A stretch of 64,000 bases of DNA. Origin: a virus (taxonomy: Duplodnaviria > Caudoviricetes). Made by a program: the position numbers and the translations under genes. The DNA lies in IMG/VR virus record IMGVR_UViG_3300028048_000113, positions 1-64,000 of that record; one strand, given 5' to 3'. This document shows positions 47,990 through 57,375 of this stretch, in pieces. The notes beneath the pieces are model-generated. The model made no database searches. It was not told the DNA's origin and saw only the letters and a list, made by a program, of their open reading frames with translations. Every line of letters starts with the position of its first letter. Position 1 is the stretch's first letter.

Positions 47990-49199
47990 GCCTATTAACA
48001 TTATTGATGATCCTGCAAATCAGGTTACGTCAGATAAGATCTTTCCTCCTAGAAAGATCAAGGATAAAGATGGTAACTATCTTTTCAATGATGAAGGTAT
48101 CTTCTCAGAAAAAATTTTCGGTAAGTTTGGTCACTGTAGATGTGGTAAGTTAAGAAAGCCTGGCTACTGTGAAGAATGTGGATGCAGAGTTCTCAATAAG
48201 AGAAAGATGCCTGACTTCTTTATTAAGTTTAGTTTTGACCTTCCTAATAGAGTTATTAACTACGGAAAGTTCTCAAACAAGAAGCTTTTAGAGGATCTTC
48301 TCTACTATAGAGGATTCATGTATGAAGGAAAGTACATTGAATTTGATCTTAAGAATGATATGTCAGTGTATGAACAGGATAAGATCCTTTTTGGTAAGGA
48401 AGCAATCCTTTCAATAGGAGTACCTGAGGAATGGTATAATGGTGCAGTTCATAGACTTATTTCTATTCCTCATACCTCATTCAGAAAGATTACTTTCCAG
48501 AATGATAACTATTTCATTGGTGACCTCAATAACCTTTATATTGATATGATCCGTCTTAATAATAAGTATGATAAGCTTAAGAAGAATTCAAAGCTTAACA
48601 TTCTTAATGAACTCAATATCAGATTTACAATCTGCAATGATCTCACTGTTCTTTATGAACAGCTCTTCCAGATCCTTGCTAGAAATCATAGAAATGTTAT
48701 TGATAATGAGCTTAAGGGTCAGCCTGAAACAGGTATGATTAGAGCAGTTATGACAAATAACTTCAGTCTTGATGAGGACACAATTCTTATTGGTAAGTAT
48801 TTTATTGAGACACTCTATCCTAAATTCTTTAGAGAATATATGATAGACGGTGAACTTGATATTAAGGCAATTAACAAGAAACTTAAAGATGAAAAGTATT
48901 TAGTACTCTTTAATAGACAGCCTACCATTGGTGCTAAGTCAATTATTGCAATGCACCCTGTATTCTCTGAATTAGATACAGAACAGTTTGTTATTCAGGC
49001 AAATCCTATTGTATATGATGGACTTGCTGCAGACGTTGATGGTGACTCATTGAATGTAATTGCTCTCTATTCTAAGGAAGCTTGTGAAGAAGCTGAAAAG
49101 CTCTTACCTAGCAAGAATTATATTGAGGGTTCAAATGGTTCTATCAGAAATGGTATACTTGATGAGTTTAAGTATGTAGAAACATTATTAGGAGAATAA
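47973..49199 (+). CDS. Divergent RNA polymerase beta' N-terminal/catalytic half (408 aa)
   Basis: AAGGAGGT RBS; GIFSEKIFG..CRCG..CEECG Zn site, DLNNLY, FNRQPT, catalytic AADVDGD (canonical NADFDGD). Confidence 0.9.
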   Translation: MKMTIEPINIIDDPANQVTSDKIFPPRKIKDKDGNYLFNDEGIFSEKIFGKFGHCRCGKLRKPGYCEECGCRVLNKRKMPDFFIKFSFDLPNRVINYGKFSNKKLLEDLLYYRGFMYEGKYIEFDLKNDMSVYEQDKILFGKEAILSIGVPEEWYNGAVHRLISIPHTSFRKITFQNDNYFIGDLNNLYIDMIRLNNKYDKLKKNSKLNILNELNIRFTICNDLTVLYEQLFQILARNHRNVIDNELKGQPETGMIRAVMTNNFSLDEDTILIGKYFIETLYPKFFREYMIDGELDIKAINKKLKDEKYLVLFNRQPTIGAKSIIAMHPVFSELDTEQFVIQANPIVYDGLAADVDGDSLNVIALYSKEACEEAEKLLPSKNYIEGSNGSIRNGILDEFKYVETLLGE

Positions 49200-49203
49200 T
49201 ACT

Positions 49204-49659
49204 ATGTCAGAGGTAACAAAAAAGAAGCCAGCAACAAAATCTACTGGCAAGAAAAAAGTAGATGACAAAAAGTTGTCTTATATCTTTTTTGGTATTCTTG
49301 TTGTAGCAATTATTGGTTTCTCAATATTGTTGTTATTACCTAAGTCTCCTAAGTATGTAAAGAACTTTGGTGATGATATTGTAACAACAATTGAAATCAA
49401 GGAAAAAGATGAAACAATTAGAATGCTTGTAAAGATTAAAGATAATGATGTTATTGAACAAAAAGGAACTTTAACTTTTATAGCAGATGGAACATCTCAA
49501 GATGCTGAAGGAAAAGAAGTAGCATATAAAATTTATGAAGCTTCTTTTGAACCTTTAGATTCAGAAGAAGAGCCTGAAGTAGTTCAAATTAAGGTATATG
49601 AGAAATCATTAATCTTAGCATATGACTCAGGTGAAATTATTGAATATGAGAGGAAATAA
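49204..49659 (+). CDS. Single-TM membrane protein between the two beta' halves
   Basis: Basic N-terminus, one TM helix, acidic C-domain. Confidence 0.6.
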   Translation: MSEVTKKKPATKSTGKKKVDDKKLSYIFFGILVVAIIGFSILLLLPKSPKYVKNFGDDIVTTIEIKEKDETIRMLVKIKDNDVIEQKGTLTFIADGTSQDAEGKEVAYKIYEASFEPLDSEEEPEVVQIKVYEKSLILAYDSGEIIEYERK

Positions 49660-49664
49660 GATAT

Positions 49665-50639
49665 ATGGCAACACTTAAGAACAGAAAGAAATATGTAGAA
49701 CACTATCATGATCTTGGTGAAGCAATGTTCACAAACTGTACAATTCCTACAGTTGGTGACTTTGCAAAAGCCTATAGCAAAAAAGATGCTGATTCAATAA
49801 AGAAGATTGAAACTATTACTGAGTTTACTGGTAATAAGAAGGATATTGATGAATCAATTGAAAGAAGAAACTCAATTTATTCAGATGCTGAATCTAAGAA
49901 GTTCATGAATTCAGTTATTGCGGCAAATATCACAGATATTACAGAATCTGGTTGGTTCTATAAGAAACTTATCAGTTCTTGTGATGATATGACAATTGTT
50001 GCAGATGACTGTGGTTCAGTTGGTGAAGAGTATGCTTGTCCTATCAGTGAAAAAGTATTCAATTATAAGATCAAGAATAGATATGTAGTTGAATGCAGAG
50101 ACTATATTGAGGATATTAAAAAGCTTCCTAGAAATGGTAAAATCCATGTAAGAACATTCCTCACTTGTAAAAAAGGACCTAGACATTTCTGTGCTAAATG
50201 TGCAGGATTGTTTAGAAGATCCTATGATACAACATTCATTCCTAAGAATATTGGTATCTATTCAACCCTTATGATTACAGAGCACGCTACACAGGCTTCA
50301 TTAGACTCAATGAATAAAGGTGTTACAGAAAAGTTGAATGTACTTTTGGAAAAGAGAATTCCTAAGCCTGCTGATCTTAATGAGGCAAAGGAAAAAATTA
50401 GAGAAATCATTGATGAAATCGGTGATGTTGGTGTTGACTCAAGATTCTATGAAGTAGCTCTTCTTTCTAGATATAGAAATGGTGAGTTTGTATCACTTCA
50501 AAATTCATTTATCAAACAGGAAGATGTTTTTGGTGCATTTGTATATTCAAATACCAAGAAACTTTTTGATAAGATGATTGAAACTGGTGAGTTCAATGCT
50601 AACTCAATGAAGACTAAGATAGCCTTTGATGCATACTAA
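49665..50639 (+). CDS. Divergent RNA polymerase beta' C-terminal half (324 aa)
   Basis: Bridge helix ESGWFYKKL...DDCG, VRTFLTC...CAKCAG Zn site, IG...ITEHATQASL trigger-loop region. Confidence 0.85.
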   Translation: MATLKNRKKYVEHYHDLGEAMFTNCTIPTVGDFAKAYSKKDADSIKKIETITEFTGNKKDIDESIERRNSIYSDAESKKFMNSVIAANITDITESGWFYKKLISSCDDMTIVADDCGSVGEEYACPISEKVFNYKIKNRYVVECRDYIEDIKKLPRNGKIHVRTFLTCKKGPRHFCAKCAGLFRRSYDTTFIPKNIGIYSTLMITEHATQASLDSMNKGVTEKLNVLLEKRIPKPADLNEAKEKIREIIDEIGDVGVDSRFYEVALLSRYRNGEFVSLQNSFIKQEDVFGAFVYSNTKKLFDKMIETGEFNANSMKTKIAFDAY

Positions 50640-50757
50640 TTTAATGTACCAATAATAGTACTGAGGCCTCCCCAACCCGGAGGCCTTTTAAAAAAGTATT
50701 TACTTTAAAGCGCTATTGTGATATAATATTTTTAGAAAAGATTTAAGGAGATTTTTG

Positions 50758-51792
50758 ATGGAAATTATAACAGAAAATGGTAAAGATTATTTAGTCTCCT
50801 ATATTGCTAAGATTGATAACTCAACCATTGATGCTAATGCATTTTTTGCTGATGCAAAGGAAACAGTGAACAATATACTTAAGAAGTATAATTCAATTCA
50901 CAAGACAAAGAATACCTATATTGCAAAGGGTTATGGTGCTCCTCTCCAGTCAATGCTTTCAAGATTTAGTGGTGATTATTTCTCACCCTCATTTATGAAA
51001 TCATATGTTGAGGATCCTGCTCTTAACCTTATGGCTAATTTCTTTACAGAGCAGGCAAATGATGCTACAGCTATTGGTACAACCTTCCACTCCTGTATGG
51101 AAAATTATTATAATCTTCCTGGTGAGGAAAGAGTTAGATCTAAGTTATGGGAAATTGAAAAGAGTATATTACCTCCTGACCAGGATAAGGAAAAGGTGGA
51201 TGAATATATTGCTGGTTATATAGATGTAAAAGATTATTTACATCCTAGATCAGCTCTTGATGACACAAAACTTAACTGTGTTACAGAGCATAGAGGTAGA
51301 GCCAATAACCTTTATGTAAAGTCAATTGGATATACCATTCCTTGTGCAGTATCCTATGTTGCAGATAGAGTTGACTATAGAGACTCTGATGTAATTATTT
51401 TGGACTATAAGACAGGCCACCCTAAGCCTGAGGCAGCAACATTTAATGGTTATCTTGGTTCAATGCTCCTTTATAAGTGGGCTATGGAACAGGAACTTAA
51501 TACTACTATCAATAAGGGATTCCTCATTTGTCCTGGTAATGCTCCTTCTCAGAAGTATATGGAGTTGGACTATTCCAAGGAAAATGAAGAGAAAATGGCT
51601 GAAAATATTGATAGATTCTATAAGAACTTTATGAGAGACAATAGGTCTAGAGAATATGTCTTCACAGGTGAGGGTTACTTCACCACAGATGATGCAAAAC
51701 AATATAAAGCTATCATGATGGATAATACTATTTGGATGAGTAAGATCCCTGTTAAGATTTATATTGGTGAACATGATGAGTCAGTTCTTTAA
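50758..51792 (+). CDS. PD-(D/E)xK nuclease (RecB/Cas4-like)
   Basis: IGTTFHS.ME, ADRVD, ILDYKTG, LLYKWA; promoter TTTACT-N17-TATAAT at 50699-50727. Confidence 0.75.
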   Translation: MEIITENGKDYLVSYIAKIDNSTIDANAFFADAKETVNNILKKYNSIHKTKNTYIAKGYGAPLQSMLSRFSGDYFSPSFMKSYVEDPALNLMANFFTEQANDATAIGTTFHSCMENYYNLPGEERVRSKLWEIEKSILPPDQDKEKVDEYIAGYIDVKDYLHPRSALDDTKLNCVTEHRGRANNLYVKSIGYTIPCAVSYVADRVDYRDSDVIILDYKTGHPKPEAATFNGYLGSMLLYKWAMEQELNTTINKGFLICPGNAPSQKYMELDYSKENEEKMAENIDRFYKNFMRDNRSREYVFTGEGYFTTDDAKQYKAIMMDNTIWMSKIPVKIYIGEHDESVL

Positions 51793-51802
51793 GGAGTGTT
51801 AA

Positions 51803-52099
51803 ATGAGAAAGCTTACTAAAAAAGGTAGCATTGATGTTCAGACTTTTATGTTATTATGTTTCATGTTAATTATTATTTCATGTCTAATAATGATATTTGT
51901 AGTTTCTGGATCAAAAAATCATTGGAATGATGGACGCTGTCCTAAATGTAATACAGAATGGAGATATGTTCAGGCAGTTGGTCATCAATATACTACAGGA
52001 TATATTTATGTTTGTGATACTTGTGGTGATAAGATAGAAACAAATCATGAACCTGATTGGAAAACAGTAAAGACAGGTGAATTAAATGAGAGCAATTAA
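51803..52099 (+). CDS. TM-anchored zinc-ribbon protein
   Basis: TM then WNDGRCPKC...QAVGH...YIYVCDTC. Confidence 0.55.
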   Translation: MRKLTKKGSIDVQTFMLLCFMLIIISCLIMIFVVSGSKNHWNDGRCPKCNTEWRYVQAVGHQYTTGYIYVCDTCGDKIETNHEPDWKTVKTGELNESN

Positions 52100-53324
52100 A
52101 GACATAACTGGACAGAAATTTGGTAAGCTTACAGCACTTTATCCACTAGAAAAAAGAAATTCTAGTGGTAATGCTATTTGGCACTGCAAATGTGAATGTG
52201 GTGGAACTAGAGATGCTATAGCTAGCTATTTAATAAATGGTTCTACCACAGGATGTAAAGATTGTCAAACAGCAAGAGGAAAATTTAAAGATATAACTGG
52301 TCAACAGTTTAATTATCTAACTGTACTTTACAAAACAAACAAAAAAGACAATAGAAACAGTAGAATTTGGCACTGTAGATGTGTCTGTGGTAAAGAAGTT
52401 GATATTCCTGGAGATAGACTCAGAAGTGGTCAAGCTAAATCTTGTGGATGTAAAAATCTTAGAAAAAGCTGTAGTATGGGAAGTACTCATGCTATTAAGA
52501 ATTCTACTGATTTGACAGGTCAGAAATTTGGTAAGTTAACAGTAATGAGTAGATCAGCTAATAAACATAGAAAGGGTAGATACTGGACTTGTAAGTGTGA
52601 GTGTGGTAAAATAAAAGTATATGATACCAATACTCTTATACATAAGACTTCTTGTGGTTGTGATAGAAAGAGAAAGTCTTATAAGATGAGAACTTTTGAT
52701 TCAGTTTCAGTTGGTGATAGATTTGGAAAACTCACAACTGTCTATTATTTACCTAGTAAACCGGGTCATTGGATCTGTAAATGTGACTGTGGTAATTTAG
52801 CTATAATTAGAACTAATGATCTTAAAAAGGGTGTTACTCAGAGCTGTGGTTGTAGAAAAATAAAAAATCCTGATAAATTACCTTATTATAAAAAATTGCT
52901 TGATGCCAAAACAGATTTAACTGGAATGAGATTTGGTAAACTCACAGTTGTTAAAGATACTGGTAAATCAAATGGAAAGGGTAAACTATGGCTTTGCAAG
53001 TGTGATTGTGGTAACACTAAAGAAGTAACAGATTCAGCTCTTAGATTTAATATGACTAAAACCTGTGGTTGTACAAAATATAATGGAAAAGACTTAACAG
53101 GTCAAAGATTTGGCAGACTCACAGTACTTGAGAAAACAAACAAGAGATGTCATGGTTATATTGTTTGGAAGTGTAAGTGTGATTGTGGAAACATAGTAGA
53201 AATACCTATGCATAATCTTTCATACAATAATTCAACTAGATCTTGTGGATGTCTATTAAAAGAAACTAAAGCCACATGGGGACAAAGAGTAAAAGATAAT
53301 TATAAAGAGTGGAAAAAGTTATGA
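52086..53324 (+). CDS. Protein of 6 tandem DLTG-FGxLT-W-CxCxCG-SCGC Zn-binding repeats, no nuclease domain
   Basis: Repeats counted in the translation; this module normally sits N-terminal to HNH/AP2 homing endonucleases. Confidence 0.75.
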   Translation: MRAIKDITGQKFGKLTALYPLEKRNSSGNAIWHCKCECGGTRDAIASYLINGSTTGCKDCQTARGKFKDITGQQFNYLTVLYKTNKKDNRNSRIWHCRCVCGKEVDIPGDRLRSGQAKSCGCKNLRKSCSMGSTHAIKNSTDLTGQKFGKLTVMSRSANKHRKGRYWTCKCECGKIKVYDTNTLIHKTSCGCDRKRKSYKMRTFDSVSVGDRFGKLTTVYYLPSKPGHWICKCDCGNLAIIRTNDLKKGVTQSCGCRKIKNPDKLPYYKKLLDAKTDLTGMRFGKLTVVKDTGKSNGKGKLWLCKCDCGNTKEVTDSALRFNMTKTCGCTKYNGKDLTGQRFGRLTVLEKTNKRCHGYIVWKCKCDCGNIVEIPMHNLSYNNSTRSCGCLLKETKATWGQRVKDNYKEWKKL

Positions 53325-54295
53325 GATTTATAGATTTAACTGGTAAACAGTTTGGAAGACTCACTGCTTTATATACTAATAGAAGAAATGGAAAAGGCAA
53401 TATTATTTGGCATTGTAAATGCCAATGCGGAAATGAAACTGATGTTTTAGGAATTAACCTCAGAAATGGAGCTACAAGATCTTGTGGTTGTTTATTTAAA
53501 GAAACTCATAAGGTTATTAAAAAACCAAATGATTTAACAAATCAAAAATTTGGTAAATTAACTGCACTTGAAATGGTGGGTAAGAATTCTATTGGTGCTA
53601 TTAAGTGGCGCTGTAGATGTGATTGTGGAAATTATAGAGACGTAGTAAATAGTTTATTGCTTAATGGTAAAGTTACAGCTTGCCTTGAATGTTCTAAATT
53701 AGGTCGTCAAAAAGACATAACTGGGCAGCAATTTGGTAATCTAACTGCATTATATTCTCTTAATAAAACTGATGAGCATCATTCTATAATATGGCATTGT
53801 AAATGTATTTGTGGTAAAGAATTAGATATATCTTTAATGAAATTAAAAAATGGTTCTGTATTTTCTTGTGGATGCTCAAAGAAACCTAAAAATCCTACAC
53901 CATTGACAGATAAACGTGTTCATAATTTAATTGGTCAGAGATTTGGTAAGTTAACTGTAATTGCTGATACAGGTAAGTCAAATCGTTGGGGTAAAATTTG
54001 GCTATGTCAATGTGACTGTGGTAATACTAAAGAAGTAGATAGTAATAAACTTCATATGAAAAGTGTTACATCTTGTGGTTGTGTAAGAAAAGATCTAACT
54101 GAATATAAAAGTAGACATTTAGAGGGCCAACAGTTTGGTCAATTAACTGTTCTTGAATATGCTGGAAAAAACAAATATAGTCAATCCATTTGGAAATGTA
54201 AATGTAGTTGTGGCAATATTAGATATGCAGTTGGTAGTTATCTTGTAAGAGGAATGGTAAAATCTTGCGGTTGTTTAAGAAATAAAAACAAATAA
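53321..54295 (+). CDS. Protein of 5 tandem Zn-binding repeats, no nuclease domain
   Basis: Same repeat as 52086-53324. Confidence 0.75.
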   Translation: MRFIDLTGKQFGRLTALYTNRRNGKGNIIWHCKCQCGNETDVLGINLRNGATRSCGCLFKETHKVIKKPNDLTNQKFGKLTALEMVGKNSIGAIKWRCRCDCGNYRDVVNSLLLNGKVTACLECSKLGRQKDITGQQFGNLTALYSLNKTDEHHSIIWHCKCICGKELDISLMKLKNGSVFSCGCSKKPKNPTPLTDKRVHNLIGQRFGKLTVIADTGKSNRWGKIWLCQCDCGNTKEVDSNKLHMKSVTSCGCVRKDLTEYKSRHLEGQQFGQLTVLEYAGKNKYSQSIWKCKCSCGNIRYAVGSYLVRGMVKSCGCLRNKNK

Positions 54296-54296
54296 C

Positions 54297-55196
54297 ATGA
54301 ATAAAGAAAAATATTTTATAGATTTACAAGATATGAAATTTGGGCGGTTAACTGCCCTTTTTCCAGTAGAAGAGAAAGCTAAGAATGGTGAAACTCAATG
54401 GATGTGCCAATGTGAATGTGGCGGCACAAAAGTTGTAAAAGGCAGTCATCTTAGAGGTGGAAATACTCAATCTTGTGGATGTATTAGAAATAAGAAAATA
54501 GAAGGTCAGAAGTTTAACAAATTAACTGCTATCAAGTCAAGACGAAGAGATGATGGTAGAGTAGTTTGGTTATGTAAGTGTGACTGCGGAAATGAAATCG
54601 AAGTTCTTACTGCTGATCTTCTAAATGGTTTATATGTTTCTTGTGGTTGTACAGGAAGTAGAAGAACTAAATTTAGAACAGTTGAGTCATTTAATACAAA
54701 AGCAATCTCTAATTTTGTGGGTAAGAGATTTAATGAATTTGTTATTCTTGCTCCTACTCATAAGAGATATTTTGAGGATGTGCTTTGGAAATGTAGATGT
54801 GACTGTGGTAAGATTTTCTTTGCACCCACAGCATTTATTTTGAATGGTAAAATAAAATCATGTGGTCATTTACATGAAGCTTTCAATAAGAATTTTGGTA
54901 AAGACATAAGACGAAAATCGAATAGATATGTATTCAATAAGATAGGAATAGGTTTTACTATCAAAGGTGAAAAGTTCTATTTTGATAAAGAGGACTATGA
55001 CAAAATAAAAAACTATTGTTGGCGTTTTAATGAATATGGAACTCTTATTGCTCATGATCCTGAGTCATGGCCAGAAAAGAAATCAGTCATACCGGCATGG
55101 AGAGTTATATTTAATGAGAAAGATAAGTCAAAGAAAATAGTATATAAAAATAAGAATAAATGGGATCTTAGAAAGAGGAATTTGGAGGTGATCTAA
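54297..55196 (+). CDS. 3 Zn-binding repeats plus degenerate HNH-like C-terminus
   Basis: FYFDKEDY.KI..YCW then IVYKNKNKWDLRKRNL in place of DHxNxNxLDNRxxNL. Confidence 0.65.
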   Translation: MNKEKYFIDLQDMKFGRLTALFPVEEKAKNGETQWMCQCECGGTKVVKGSHLRGGNTQSCGCIRNKKIEGQKFNKLTAIKSRRRDDGRVVWLCKCDCGNEIEVLTADLLNGLYVSCGCTGSRRTKFRTVESFNTKAISNFVGKRFNEFVILAPTHKRYFEDVLWKCRCDCGKIFFAPTAFILNGKIKSCGHLHEAFNKNFGKDIRRKSNRYVFNKIGIGFTIKGEKFYFDKEDYDKIKNYCWRFNEYGTLIAHDPESWPEKKSVIPAWRVIFNEKDKSKKIVYKNKNKWDLRKRNLEVI

Positions 55197-55552
55197 TGAT
55201 ACTCTATGGAGTAATACTCGTTACTTGCCTGATTATTGCCTTTTTTGATTATAAATATCAATCAGTTCCATTAGCTACTTTGATTATTAATTATATTGCT
55301 ATATGTTATCTCATTGGTAATCCCGGATTATATTTAGGAGTATTTATTATATTTTATGCTCTAGCAAAAGAACTTCCAATAGACCTTTTGTACGTCTCTT
55401 TAATAGTCTATTTAATAATAATAGGAAGCGTCTCTACAATACATATAGCAGTGACTTTAATATTTAGTCTATTCTATATAGTATTTTCTAAAAAGAAGAA
55501 AATTAGCTTTTTGCTTCCATTAGAGGTTATATTAATGTCAGCTTTAATTTAA
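55196..55552 (+). CDS. Polytopic membrane protein resembling prepilin peptidase A24 (degenerate)
   Basis: LIIAFFDYKYQSVP resembles the first Asp motif; no GxGD motif. Confidence 0.4.
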   Translation: MILYGVILVTCLIIAFFDYKYQSVPLATLIINYIAICYLIGNPGLYLGVFIIFYALAKELPIDLLYVSLIVYLIIIGSVSTIHIAVTLIFSLFYIVFSKKKKISFLLPLEVILMSALI

Positions 55553-55563
55553 AGGAGGATGTA

Positions 55564-56040
55564 ATGGAAAAATCTTTATTGATTAAACGTTTAGTTGAAT
55601 GTAAGGATGTGAATAATAAATTAACTGAGGCATATAATCTTTCAATGCAAAAGGATCTTGAAGCATCTGAACTCTTCACTAAATGCACAGCATTAATCAA
55701 AGAGCTTTCAGATCTTTCTTTAGACTTTGAATATTTGAGAGAAAATGCACCTAAGTATGATCTTAAGAGAAATGAATTTAGTAGTCTTCTCGATGCAATA
55801 TGTGAATACTTAGGAGATGCCGTTGAATATAGTGTATATCAAGGACCAGTCTTTGCAAAAGCATCTCATCTAGAAGGATGTCCTATCTCAACTGATGATT
55901 TAGTGATGTATACAGCAAAACCTTTTGATGTAATAGTTCGTCCTGTAGTTGAATTTGATAAAGAAAAGTATAAGACTTGTAAGTGCTATCGTGAAAGTAC
56001 TGGTTACTATGATGTATATTTGACAACACTTGAGAAGTGA
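55564..56040 (+). CDS. Hypothetical protein
   Basis: AAGGAGG RBS, 158 aa. Confidence 0.55.
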   Translation: MEKSLLIKRLVECKDVNNKLTEAYNLSMQKDLEASELFTKCTALIKELSDLSLDFEYLRENAPKYDLKRNEFSSLLDAICEYLGDAVEYSVYQGPVFAKASHLEGCPISTDDLVMYTAKPFDVIVRPVVEFDKEKYKTCKCYRESTGYYDVYLTTLEK

Positions 56041-56050
56041 GGAATTTAAT

Positions 56051-56305
56051 ATGTTAAGTACAATTTTACAGAATTTATGGGCTTTTGCAATTTCAATGCC
56101 TACTAACTTAATAATTATTTTCATCATTTGTATTATCATGAAAGTAGTTTTTAAGAAGAAGACAAAGGATTGCATTTATTTCGTCCTTGGTTATTTAGCA
56201 ATTGGTCTCCTTTTAGGAATCTTTGGTATCACAATGCCAAGCTTCTTACAAATTGGTAGATGGATTGCAAATGGAGTTAAGACCGTTTGGAACGGTATTT
56301 GGTAA
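56051..56305 (+). CDS. Small membrane protein
   Basis: GAGG RBS favours ATG 56051; two TM segments. Confidence 0.55.
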   Translation: MLSTILQNLWAFAISMPTNLIIIFIICIIMKVVFKKKTKDCIYFVLGYLAIGLLLGIFGITMPSFLQIGRWIANGVKTVWNGIW

Positions 56306-56447
56306 GTTTTCTTTTTTCTCCGGAGGTCAACTCCACTTATATTGAATAGGTCTAGGCAAAAAGTCTAGGCCTATTCCTTGCCTTTTTGTTTACAAGACAT
56401 TATTTATAGATTATAATGAATTATATTAAGTAAAAAGGAGCAAATGC

Positions 56448-56723
56448 ATGAGAGTAAAATATTTATATGCAGAAGTTGATAGAAGAGGAGAACTTACTAT
56501 AGATAAGTATCCTTATGTTGAAGAACTTGAAAATCTTACAATGACAGAAGATGGAAGATTTGAAATCTGTTTAATGGATGAGTGTGATTTTTTATCATAT
56601 AAGACTTTTTCTTATGAAACATATAAATCACTTTGGGATGAGTTACTTAGAAGTGGTTATATTGATCTTACAAAATTTGGATATTTTATTCCATGTCAAG
56701 ATTTAAGAAATATTAAGGAGTAA
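56448..56723 (+). CDS. Hypothetical protein
   Basis: Promoter TTTACA-N17-TATAAT at 56389-56417; AAGGAG RBS. Confidence 0.55.
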   Translation: MRVKYLYAEVDRRGELTIDKYPYVEELENLTMTEDGRFEICLMDECDFLSYKTFSYETYKSLWDELLRSGYIDLTKFGYFIPCQDLRNIKE

Positions 56724-56725
56724 TT

Positions 56726-56905
56726 ATGAGCTTTATTAAAATTGGTGAGAATTTGGTAAATGTAAAGAATATTGCATATATTTCAGAGGATGAGCTTAAT
56801 GAAAATCAATCAGTAATTTATTTTATTGGTGGTAGTAAGTTGAGACTTCCTAAGACATTGGTAGCTAGTGTTTCTTATGAACTTGAAAAGGGGTTAGTAC
56901 AGTGA
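56726..56905 (+). CDS. Small hypothetical protein (59 aa)
   Basis: AAGGAG RBS; GTGA overlap with coaD start. Confidence 0.55.
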   Translation: MSFIKIGENLVNVKNIAYISEDELNENQSVIYFIGGSKLRLPKTLVASVSYELEKGLVQ

Positions 56906-57375
56906 AAGTAGGATTTTATGCAGGATCATTTGATCCTTTTACAAATGGACATCTTCAGGTAGTAAAGAAAGCATGTGAGCTTTTTGATGTAGTAATAATT
57001 GGAATTGGTACAAATTCTGCAAAAGCTAGAAGATTTGATAAGCTTAAGATGGTCACTGCTATTAAGGAAGTAATGGAAAAAGAAGGCCTTGATGAAAAGG
57101 TAATGGTTATTACTTATGAAGGAATGACAACAAGTATTGCTAAAAAGTATAATGCAAATTATCTCATTAGAGGCATTAGAAATGGCATTGACTATCAGTA
57201 TGAAGAGAACATTGCCTCTATGAATCAAGAAGTTGATGGACTTGATACTATTTACTTTAGAGCTGGAGAGCTTGGTAATGTAAGTTCAAGTATGGTTATG
57301 GAACTTCTTAAAAATGATAGAGATGTCTCTAAGTATCTTCCTGAGCCAATCTACAATCTTGTTAAAACTAACTAA
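56902..57375 (+). CDS. coaD: Phosphopantetheine adenylyltransferase
   Basis: YAGSFDPFTNGH, LIRGIR...DYQYE..IA.MN, VSSSMV.EL. Confidence 0.93.
   Translation: MKVGFYAGSFDPFTNGHLQVVKKACELFDVVIIGIGTNSAKARRFDKLKMVTAIKEVMEKEGLDEKVMVITYEGMTTSIAKKYNANYLIRGIRNGIDYQYEENIASMNQEVDGLDTIYFRAGELGNVSSSMVMELLKNDRDVSKYLPEPIYNLVKTN

Noticed and set aside
52086-55196. Active mobile homing endonucleases
   Set aside because: The first two ORFs have no nuclease domain and the third lacks the HNH catalytic residues
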